The notes below the pieces were generated by a model, which was not told the origin of the DNA, did no database searches, and saw only the letters and a list, made by a program, of their open reading frames with translations. Shown here piece by piece: positions 48,801 through 60,800 of a stretch of 64,000 bases of DNA; position 1 is the stretch's first letter, and every line of letters begins with the position of its first letter. The DNA lies in the NCBI GenBank assembly GCA_046563655.1, contig CM102285.1, positions 15,066,001 through 15,130,000 on the forward strand, written 5' to 3'. The stretch comes from Yuukianura sp. NJ FZ-2021. Lineage: Eukaryota. The translations under genes were made by a program, and so were the position numbers.

Positions 48801-51800
48801 CTGGATTTGGCTTTGAATCTTTAGGGAAATGGGCTCCACCACAAGCACAAAAGAGAAAAGTTTTTGAAAGCAAAATCTACTTACTTTCTCTCTCACTTTT
48901 AAAACTTTAAACTTTGGAAACTTTTAACCCATGAAATTCTAAAAACCTAGCAAACCACAAACGAGAGACTGCGTGTGTTTGATTACATTTGTGCATTCAA
49001 AACTTCCTTTTTCAAAAAAGAGAAAAGTAGTTGAAAATTATGTCTTTGTTTTCTTGTTTCCCCAAGGAGAAGCCAAACTACATTTTTTTTGAATTCTTCA
49101 TTTGGTTCAAAATGCTTATTTCTAGAAAAAGAGAAAGTGTTGGTTTGGGTGAAAGTAAAGAGGAAATGGAAAAGTAAATGAGAAACATAGTAGGTATTAT
49201 TGGTTTTGGACAACCAGAGCCCACTTAATGGAAATAGTGGAAAGTCTTAGTGTTCTGGAAGACTTTAGCCACGTTCTAAGTGTCTACTATTCACATGTGG
49301 TAGTGGCCAACATGTATGTTGGGCCACATACATGTTGGTGGTGGGCCAATATGGGCGTAAATAAGAGAAAGTCCATTAATATTTTAAGCACCGTGACATG
49401 CACCATCCTCCTACCCACAAATTCCAATCGCCCAACAACACAAAAACTACTTTCACCTCACACTGCTCCACACAAAAGTTAGCCTTCCGCTTCTCTTTTT
49501 AGGCAGACAAGAAATATGAAACTTCTGTTTTTCATGGAGTTCTTATCAATGCGTCAGGCTAAAATGAAATCATTTTAGTCGGAAAAGTGGTAATAAATAT
49601 TCGTCTCATCAAAGCAAACTCTGCACTTTTCTTAGGTTAGATTTCATGTTTCTGTGAAGTTGATAGTCGGTGGAGTTGAGGTGAAAAGTAGATCGAGAAT
49701 TGATTTATGCCCCCCAGTCCCAGCAGTACACTCTCCATTGTCTCAAGGTGTGGCGTCCAGAATTGATTCTCTTTTGCAAAAGAGCTGGAAAACACAAAAA
49801 CATTGAAAAACATGAAAGTACTGAAAAATTGAAAATAACTGAAAAGTTTGAAAGTTAAAGAATAGAGCAAAATGTTTCAGTAAACCGCTCCAGCATTTTT
49901 TTCGTAAAACTAAAATCGTATTTCAACGCTGGAGTTCAAGTTCTTATGGCTAAACTTCAAGTAATTCTTGCTTGCTTCTTCAAATATCAAATAAGCTACC
50001 AAGCTTGTATCAAGGTAAATTCAGCAGTTCGCTAGCTACGTCAAATTTAGCAAGTTGTGGGATGAAGTCAAAATGAGATGAAAAACTATCGAAAAACTCC
50101 AAAATACTAAAATTGAATTTGTTAACTTTGTAGATTGGTTTCCTGGAACGCGGGAGGGTGGAGCTGTGTTTAACGTGCAACCAAATGATGATGGACTGAG
50201 TGGGCAGGATTGCGTGGAGCTGAGACAGGACTTTGCCCCACTTGGTCCCACCAGAACATTCGACCCACCTTCGTACCCGCTTGAGAGGAAATCACCCAAA
50301 GTGTCCCAGGACAGGTTTGAACAAATTTCAAAAACGAAGAGTTGGCCAATCAGAAGGAGCAAAATGTTTCACTGGAATGACAGAAACTGTCAAACGCTCA
50401 ATTTCTTCCTCTGCGAACGAGCGACACATCCAGGTAAACAAGTTTAACATTCGAGCTGATGATCTTTGACCTTGAAATTGGAAAATTGACATGATGACCT
50501 TTGACCTTGAAATTGGAGAATTGACATGATGACCTTTGACATGTTTGTTTTTGATGCCTCAGGTCTGGAGTTTGTGTGTAACCGAACTGTGCGACTGAGT
50601 CCAGGTACTGCGACGCAGAGTTCTTCAGTGACAGTGACGACTCCAGCCTATCCCAGTTCATATCCAGACAACACTTTGTGCATCACCCGTGTGGAAACTG
50701 TGCCTGGACACCGTCTCGTTGTCACTTTCCAGGAATTTCACCTGGAAGATTCTCCAGGGTAAGTCTTCCACAATTTCCAGCGTGTTTCAGTAACTGAAAC
50801 ATCTTACAAAATTTCCAGAGTTTTCCAGTAACTGAAAGATTCAAGAATTTCCAGAGTGTTTGAGTAACTGACAGAGACAGGGAAATGTCAGAGTGGAATT
50901 GAGTTCATTTGAAGACAAGGAGAAAGTAAATGACCCTGGAGAGAGAAATGATGAAGTTAGGGTATTTCCTAGGCTAGGTTAAACAAGTAGCATCGCTGGA
51001 AATCGCTTCAAGCGATTCCAGCGTCTTTGTTTGGACGTGTGTGAGAGCGTACTTTATCATTCATGCTTCAAATCCAATTTCCATGTATAACTCATCTTCT
51101 TCAACTGTTTCTCCGGAAGGAATTAAAATTGGCATCATAACGCTTTTATGAAGATGTTCCAGCGCTCTTTGTCTGAACGCTGGAGGAAACGCTGAAGAGA
51201 TGAGGAAATGTGTTTGGGTGATCGCTGGAGCAGAAATGGACTGGAATCGGAACGAGACTTTCACTTTCCATGGTTGCTAATGTTCGTCACGCCTTCCGTG
51301 GCTTTCACAATCCAATTTCTCCAAAATACAAATCCAATTTACAACCCAAAAACAAGAATTTTGAGACTCTGATAAAAAAAAAGTGAGACTTTTGTGCAAT
51401 AAAACGGAAGTTTACGGGCATCGTGAATGCGAAAATTGATTAAAGTCCGTCTGTCCAGAAAATCCAGGGATTGCGGCATATCCAGCGTAGTTCCAGTGGG
51501 CAGGGACTTTGTTTTGGCTAAATCCGACCTGTCAAATGTGATCCTCGTGCACTGGTTTCCATTAAGTCCTCTTTGAACAAGTAGCTCAAGTCCCTTCGTT
51601 TCCACTTCACTTGACAACATCAAAAGATGAATTTAGGCTTCGTCAATGAAATATGCTTTAGATTCTGCTGACTTTGTGCTTAAGGGCCCTTGGTGGGTTA
51701 AGGCACAAATACACTCCATTTAGATCCTGACATTCCCAATGTCAACTTAAAGTTTGATTTGGATTCCTGCGGAGAAAGTCCATTGGAACCATTCACTTCA

Positions 51801-54800
51801 TCCGATTGAATGCTGGCAGCATCATTCACTTCATTCTCATAAATGCTGCCAGTATCATTGATCTGCTCTGAATAGATGCTGCCAGTACTATTGACTTGAT
51901 TCTGGAACAAAACAAAGCGAGGGGTGACTGAAAACATGATTTGGTCCTCATTGTTTTGTGTTTTCATTTGGGCAACACGACACTTCAATCTGCCTAATTG
52001 ATTTTACATCGTTCCAGCCACGACCACCGCCGATACTTGATCTGTTCCAGCACTCTGGATACGCTGGAAGCGCTGCAGACGCTGGAAAATGATAAAACAA
52101 CAAACATGTTTGTTTTAGAAATTGTGGAAAGTGGAATTAATGGGCAGGACTTACTACAAAAACAGGAGTCCATGAAACTTCCAATTGTCAATTCCAGACT
52201 TAGGGGAAAAGCGATTTCGTGGAGCATCGGAGAAAGTAGTTGCATGACGCTGGAGAAAGTGAAATGGAAAATGTTAGTTGTGGATGAATAATTGATTGAT
52301 TAATGTACTGTTGCCGCAGTGTGCTGTTGGATCCAACTCCCTTCGGGAGACAGCTTTTACTTTTTCACATTTCCAGCGTCTTTACATTTCCAGCGTCTTT
52401 TCCTTCTACGCAGCGATGTTCGTCTAAAGACTCTCTTGAGTCCAACCCGAACGCTGCAAACGGAGCACTACATTTTCTCCAAAAAGGTTTTCCAAATTTA
52501 TGGTTAGTGATTCCTCCCATTTCTCGGATCCACAGGAAAAGTACGCTCTAGGATACACTTTCCGTGTAACAAGTGTTTCCAAGATTAAAAAACATCCAAG
52601 CACAGACAAAAATCGAAATCCCACATCACTTAACATACAACCCAGAGTATTCGTTACCCCGCCGGGCACGGGGATGGGGATTAGTCGGGTATTCCCCGGG
52701 GTCGCAGTGGGGATTTAACGGGGAATGGGGATTCCCTAACTCTCAAGAATAACCTAAAATTTGGTCTTCATGGTATCCTGTTAACTTCCAAATCCCCCGG
52801 GACCAACCCCAGTTCCCCGGGAAAACCCCTACAACACAACATTAAAATTTTTTTAAATTTTTTTTTTAAATTCTGTCTCATGTTTTTAGAAATAGAAATG
52901 TGTTACCTTTGTTTCCTAGTTGCAAGTACGATTCGCTGGAGCTGTTTGAGGAGCAAACCGAAGGGATTTCTGCGAATCGCAGAAAAATTTGTGGGGAGTG
53001 GAACCGGCGACTTAAGCTGCTTCGATTTGTGTCAACGTCTTCCACCGTCAGCCTTAAGTTCGAATCTGACTTTTCTCATGCACTGCCTGGATTCAAGGCC
53101 AACATTGCAACAGAAAAAGGTATAGCAGCTCTTATACTTTTTACTAAAAACGTTACAGAAGAAAATGTCAAAAAATAGAATTTACTGCAGCTTAAGAAAC
53201 TTTCTATTAACATTGAAAAATTGAAAACCCGTGAAACTTAAAATTTGAGTTAAGCTGCGGGAGTAAAAACTCAAAGTTTGCGTCTAACTAAAATGTAAAC
53301 TGGACATTTAAACTACTTTGCTGCACCTAAATCTAACGCACTTGCGCAGCCTGAATACCTAAATTTTTCCACTCTGCTCTCACTGTCTTGCGAAATACTT
53401 CCAAGTACCACCGTGTTTGTCAAGTTCCTGGTTCTAACTTATTGCTTGCGTCCACGACGAGATCCAGGGAGTGCCTTTGGTACTGGCGTAGTTTGTGCAA
53501 CCGGGTTGCGTCGGAAGAATCTGCGAACAGTGCTTCTGTCAGGAGTTGCAGTCAAAGGAGCCGCATTAGGTCCAGCTTCAGGCTTTGTCTACAAAAAACG
53601 ACATTCAGGTTATGAGTGTCACACGGGCGGAAGTACTAAAAAGTTAAGCCTAAGTTGTAGACTTTACCTTCTTGAATGGCGATTCAGACGGCAGTGGAAC
53701 ACTCCCATCTCTTTTAGCTGCTGGACTTTGAACTTGCAACGTTGACATCCCCTGAGTAATTAAAAAAGTGTCAAGTCAGGTTCAAATTCAAACACAAGTT
53801 GAAAATCACCTTACCTGAGCAACCTTGTTGACAGTGTTTACAATGGCAATATCCGACGCTGAGCTTTCGTCATCGCTGGAAGGCGCTGGAAGCTGAAACT
53901 GCGGTGGCCTGGCAACACGCGGTGGCAACGACTGTTGTCGCTGGAGTCTCGAATGTGCTGGAGACTCTTGTGTCAGTAGTTCCAGGTTTCTGGCTTCCGA
54001 ACTTTTGAGTTTCCGTCCAACTGTTGCCAGTTCCAATTGTAGTTTTTTGACTAAAAAGTGCAAGAATGAAAACAAAATTATGAAAATTGGGTAAAACAAA
54101 GATAACAGTTCAAAAATGGAAGTTACAGAAGTTACCTTGTTCTGTTAATTTGGTGTTCTCTGCTGTGACCGCTGTGATTTTCCCCTGGAATTCCAGGTCT
54201 GAAAATTCTTTGATTTCCGCAAGTGCATCGTATCTTTCGTCCTTGGCCTTTGCCACATCAGTCACTTGAGTTTCCACTGCTTTAATGCGTTGTTTCAGAG
54301 ATTCCACCAATTCTGTCTGTTTTAGCACTTAAAATAGTACGAAAAAAAATTATTTAAAAAACGAACGCTTTTTTTGGAGAAATTGACCAAGTTTTATGAA
54401 AAGAGTGAAAGTGAAAATTACATTGTTGTGATAACCTTCCGTTTGCACTGGTCAACGTATCAATTTTCCTTTTAAGTTCCACTTCGGACTTCTTTTTGGC
54501 TTCCGCAGCTTCATTTAGTTCGTCTTTTCCTTTTGTTAGATCAAGTTTGGCCGTTGCAGCGTCTTCCTTCAAAGTCGTTATCAAATCTTGTTGTTCTTTT
54601 ACTAAAAAACAAAAGTTTTAAGAAAAACACAATCTTGATTTACAAAATAATTTTGAAAATTTGATGCAAGAAGTAGTTACCCAATTCTGATAATTTGGTA
54701 TTCTCCCCGCTAATCGTTTCAATTTTCTTTTGAAATTCCTCGTCGGAATTCTTTTTCGCTTCCACAGCTTCGTCAAGGTCGTCCTTAGCCTTTGCTGCAG

Positions 54801-57800
54801 CAACTTCCGCTGCAGCAACATCTTCCTTCAACTTGGTTAGCAAATACTGTTGTTCTTTTACTAAAAATGGGAAAACTTATAAAATAAGAAGCAATTTTGA
54901 TTTAAAAAACAATGTTTATGACGGGATATTTACCCAATTCAAATAATTTCCTGTTTTCTCCGGCAATTGTTTCAATTTTCTTTTCAAATTCCAAGTCGGA
55001 ATTCTTTTTCGCTTCCACAGTTTCGGCGTTTGCCTTTGCTGCATCACGTTCCGCAGCAGCAATAGCTTCCTTCAAAGTGGTCACCAAATCTTGTTGTTCT
55101 TTTACTAAGAAAAAAAAAAACAAAGTCAAATGTTTATGAAAAAAAAAACATATTTGATTTCAAAAATAATTTAGATGTATTACCCAATTCCGATAATTTG
55201 CAGTTTTCGCCAGTAATTGTTTCAATTTTCCTTTGAAATTCCAAGTCGGATTTCTTTCTCGCTTCAACTGCTTCGTCAAGTTCGTATTTTGCCTTTGCAG
55301 CAACAAGTTCCGCTGCAGCAACATCTCCCTTCAACTTGGTTACCAAGTCTCGTTCTTCTTTTACTAAAAAAAAAACAAAAGTTTATGAAAAAAACATAAT
55401 CTTGATTTTTAGAAATTGACCAAGTATTATGAAAAGAGTGAAAGTGAAAGTTACTTTGTTCTGATAACGCTGCGTTTGCAATGGTCATCGTGTCAATTTT
55501 CCCTTTAAATTCCAAGTCGGATTTCTTTCTCGCTTCAACTGCTTCGTCAAGTTCGTATTTTGCCTTTGCAGCAACACGTTCGGCTGCAGCAACATCTTCC
55601 TTTAACTTCGTTACCAAATCTTGTAGCTCTTTTCCTACAAAAAAAAACGAAAGTTTATGAAAAAAACATAACTCTTGGTTTTCTTACAGAAATTGACCAA
55701 GTATTATGAAACGAGTGAAAGTGAAAGTTACTTTGTTCTGATAACGCTGCGTTTGTACTGGTCATCGTGTCAATTTTCCCGTTAAATTCCAAGTCGGATT
55801 TCTTTTTGGCCTCCGCAGCTTCAATTTTGGCTGTCGCAGCATCTTCCTTCAAAGTGGCTACCAAATCTTGTTGTTCTTTTACTAAAAAAACACAAAAGTT
55901 TATAAAAAAAAACATAATCTCGATATGAAAAATAATTTTGATGTAAGGGATGGTTTACCCAATTCAGCTAATTTATTGTTTTCCACGGTAATTGTTTCAA
56001 TTTCCTGTTTCAATTCCAAGTCGGATTTCTTCTTGGCTTCAATAGCTTTGTGAAGTTCGTTTTTTGCCGTTACTGCATCACGTTCCACTACAGCAATGTC
56101 TTCCTTCAACCTGGTCAGCAAATCTTGTTGCTGTTTGACTAAAAAAAACAAGTCGATCAAAAAACATAGTCTTGAGATTTAAAAAATAATTTTGATGTAA
56201 CCCAATTCCGATAATTTGATGTTTTCCTCGGTCTTTGCTTCAATTTTCTTTGTAAATTCCACAACAACTTCGTTAAGCTCGTCTTTTGTCTTTGCTGCGT
56301 CATGTTCCGCTGCAGCAACATCGTCCTTCAACTTGGTTAGCAAATCTTCTTGTTCTTTTACTAAAACAAGGGAAAAGCTCAAGAAAATAAGCAATTTTGT
56401 TTTAAAAATAATCTTTATGATGGTTATAATTACCGAATTCAGATAATTTCCTGTTTTCGGCGGTAATCGTGTCAATTTCGTTTTTAAATTCCACGTCAGA
56501 ATTCTTTTTCGCTTCCACAGCTTCGTCCAGTTCCTCTTTTGCCTGCGCTGCATCAAGTTGGGCTGTCGCGACCTCTTCCTTCAAAGCTGCTAGCAAATCG
56601 TCTCGATCTTTCACTAGAAGAAATCAAATATTAAAAAAACTATCCTGATTTTTAAAATAATGTTGATGGAGGGAGAGAGTTACCCAATTGCGACAACTTG
56701 TTTGTCTCACAGGTCATCGCTTCAATCTGCTTTTGAAATTCAAAGTGGGACTTCAGCTTAGCTTCCAAAGCTACTTCCGTTTCGCCTCTTGCATTGACTG
56801 TATCACGTTCCGCTGCTATGAGTCGTTCATTCAAAATGGCCACTAAATCTTCCTTCTCTTTAACTGAAAAGAAGCAAAGAAACAGTTAGAATTCGAGAAT
56901 TGAAGCACTTTTTACTCAAAAGCCTAACCCAATTCCGCTTGTTGACCGAAACTCTGCTCCAATTGGTGTTGATATTCAATAAGGTCGTCGTTGGAGTGTT
57001 GGATCAATTCAATTTGAGTGTCCATCTTGTCAATTACGTCTTGGAACGTCATACTAGCTTCAAGCGCCGGTCGCAGTTTTGAGACTCTAATAGATCAACA
57101 TAAAAACGTTAGTCAATCGAAACAGAATTAATGTGTTTATGAGCTAAGTGGTGGTTTATGCTATGACTTGACCTGGATTTAGTCATTAACATGTTGAAAC
57201 TTACTCTGTCTCGAGTGACCGGACTATTTCGCCAGCCTTTAGCATGTCAGCTGACCAAGCCTCTTTTTCCATGGAGAGACTGTTGATCGTGTGGTTCTTG
57301 TCCTGGATAAGGGCATCCTTCCTACGTAGTTCTTCCGTCAACTGGTAAATGTGTTCCTCGTAGTTTATGTTTTCAGTGCTAATGCATCGTAGTGTCGTTT
57401 CCAAGCGAGAGTACACGTTGTCAACTGATCCGAATGGGTCATAGTCGTTCTCGTCAGCCAACGACGATGTCGTCGACATGTTGACGTTGAGTCGGTATCT
57501 CGTATAGAGGAGACTCGCTGGTCACTGAACACAGTCCACTGTGAGTCACTGTCCACTCTGTAGATTCCAACAATTAGTTGAGCACGAGTAATTAGTTGAA
57601 ACACTGGGACTTTGTTTTAACTAACAACGTTAGAGGGTGACAAGACAGAAAGAACAAAAACAAAAGAGACAAAGGAGAACAGAGACAGCGAGACGCCAAG
57701 AGAGACGCCGGCAGTGACGTCACCTAAACAAAATCAAAGGCTCTGATTGGCGGACTTTGGTTGCACAAAAACACACTTCACTCTCCGCGTAGCACCCAAC

Positions 57801-60800
57801 CACATATGGGCATCCAAATTAATTGACATTAAATATTAATTATAAATTAATTATTTAAGTTAGTTAAAACTTTATTTTATTTCTTTTGTGTGTTTTATTG
57901 CCCAATTACTAACCTTAATTTAATTTTGTTTGATTTCATGTATTCGGCCTCACTCAATTGACCTTAATTAACTAATGGACAACTCGTATGGTGAATTTAC
58001 GATAATCAACGTCATCAGTCATTCCAGTATTGTCTTATGAAGAAGGTACAAAACAATTTTTTATAAATAATGTGATAAACTAATTTCTATTACTCGTAAT
58101 TATTGTAATTAAATTAAAGACATTATTTTTACCATATTCAAATCGCGGTTAGTTTAAAATAATGCCCAACTGTGCCTAGGTGAAAGCGGTGCTGGTTTGT
58201 TGTTGGCTATTTTAGTCAAACTCCGCTCATTCTTTGTTCACTTTCACTTTAGAACTGATTTTAAGCGCTTTGTTTAATTAATTTCGTATTTAATTATTGT
58301 AGAAGTGGGAGAGGCGTGTAGGGAGCAGCACATGCAAGGATTCAAGTCCAATTGCTACTTGGTCGTATCTTCTTCCACGGTGACCTTTGACACTGCTCAA
58401 CAACTTTGCTCATCCCTCCAGGTAGGACATTTTACATGTAAAATGGAGACTTTAAGTTTAACATTGTAAAGTAAAGTTAACATTGTGAAGTTAAGTGGAT
58501 TAATTGTTGGAGTAGGGAAATCTAGTGAGCATTGTGGCTGTGGATGAATGGCGATTTGTGACGCAGTTGGTTGTTGCCAGTTCTGGCTACCAGAGGAGCA
58601 ACATCTACTGGCTCGGTGGCTACATAGACAAGTTCAACCAATTGGCCTGGAAAGATCGGATGCCATTTAATTATTCAGGTATGCCCTGTTTATTCCTGGA
58701 GACAAATGTATTTTGGGAATCAAACAGACAAGGGCCTGCGGCTTACATTTGAACTCAACGAGGCATTAACTTTTAATTTTAATTTGCTATCCAGAACTTG
58801 CTCCAGCGTAGCGCTGGAGCTGGAACTTGCTCAAAGTTGCCTTTGAACTTAGCTAGTTTGGAGTTAATTGGTTTGACTTTTGCAGCATTCCATCCCTCTG
58901 ATCTCAAGAGCATCTCTGAATGGAAGTGCCTCAGTCTCTACTGGCATGAAGGCGGCAAAGGAACTTTCGCCTGGAGACTTTCAAACTGCAATCAAGTGGC
59001 TGGATACATTTGCAAAAAACCGTCCAAAGGTAACCAAATTGAGCATTTAGCCTTTCACCTCTCACTTTTTCCACAAAATCTCACGCTTTCTGCCCAGTTC
59101 CAGGTCATTAGTGCGAAAACAATACGCACGAATTCCAGAAGTTGGCAACACTGTGAGTCTATAATGAAACCTTAAAAAAAACCTAACCTACAACCCAATA
59201 AAGTTCAGTTCTACTGTTGCCAACTTGGTAAATCTGCGTTTATTTTGTTTCGGCTTTATTGTTTTCGCGCTAATGACCTGCCACGTTCTTTCTGGTCGGT
59301 TTTTGCTCTTAAGCTGACATGCGGAATTCGGAGTTAAAGACAAAGGAAGATGGATTGTTCTTTGAGCAGCCCTTGTGCCAGGCACCGCCAGAATTTAAAT
59401 ATTTCCTTTGTCTTGAATTCCAAGGCGACTCTCTCCTTCTATAAATTTTTCATGTCAGGTAAGCTCATACTTGAGCAGCGTTAGCGCTAAGCAGTGCTAA
59501 GCATTTCTCTCCGCCCACCTCAATTTCCTCTTTACAAGACGTTGAGCGTATGTGATCAATCTCAAAACGTTGGACCACTTCCGCAGAAACACTTTCAATT
59601 AACTTCGTCTTGTCCAACCCACTTAAGCAACTTAAGATTTATGAAGCTTCCAGGAACATTGGACTCCGCAAAACCCCCAATTCCATTTCCAATCCATTTC
59701 TTAAGTCCTTGGTCAAGGTTTTTCATTTAACATGCTGCTCATTTTCTGACTGGAAGAGAAAGTGCGTCTAAGAATTTAAAGTGGTGGAAGTGTTTGTGCC
59801 TTTTAGTTTATGTACTTTCTGATTTATTTGTGGATGCTTTTTCGGCCGTTTAAGGTTCGCTTCAAAGTTGAAACAAGGTCGTAAATTATTACACAAGCAC
59901 AAAAAGAACCAAAACTTGAAAACTACTGGCAGTACTTTCCGGAACAGAAAGTACTGGAAGCATTTTCCGGAACAGAAAGTACTGGCAGTACTTTCCGGAA
60001 GAGAAACTAGTTTAAGTATTAGATTAAACATGTTGTTGTTCACTTTCTCAAGAGATGCTGGAAGTTGGCACACTCAAGATGACAAAAAATTTCTTAAATA
60101 AAAAAAGAAGCAAATTATGATGCACCAAAAAGAAAGTTGAAACTTAAAAAAAAAACTTTTCCGAGACATGTTATTTTCCAACTTCAGTTTCAATTTCTTT
60201 TGGTTTAAACTGCAAGTCTTTGTTGTTTGTTTTAGAAATGAGCATTTTCAAAAAAAGACGGCAGTTTTTGGGGTCAATTGAGCCTCAGTTTCATGTTTTT
60301 GTTTCAGTTTTTACTCAAAAGTCCCATTTTGTTTTCTAGTCTCTGCACAACGCTATTACAGTATTGCGCGTCCTAAAATTAGATTAAATTTTGAAATCTT
60401 AAAATGTTGATTGAATTTTGTTGTAGTTGAGCCGAGACCAGAGTTGAACCGAACTTTTGTTGGAATCGGAGGAAAAGTGAGTTCTCCGAAGTTCGGTGTT
60501 CAAAAGTACAAAGACAATTTGGACTACACTGTTCGTCTGTCGTCTCCAGAAGGAACTGTCATTGTTGTCCAGTTCCTCCATTTAGATGTTGAGTTCCAGC
60601 AACATTGTCTCTACGACTATGTCGCCATCACGGACCAAAACACTCAAAACAGTTCACAAGTCTGTGGAACTTTCACTGGAAAAGATTTGGAAAGGTGAGT
60701 TAAAAAAGTTAGAAAAAACTCAGTGATCCAAGAAAATGAGTTTTCAAACATTCCAAAGAAATATTTTAGTTTTGCGATCCAGGAAAAAGTGAAAGGTGGA

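Noticed and set aside
53555..53635. Alternative last exon of the coiled-coil gene using the acceptor at 53636
   Set aside because: It would need a 32-nt intron; the acceptor at 53589 has a better pyrimidine tract and a normal intron size.
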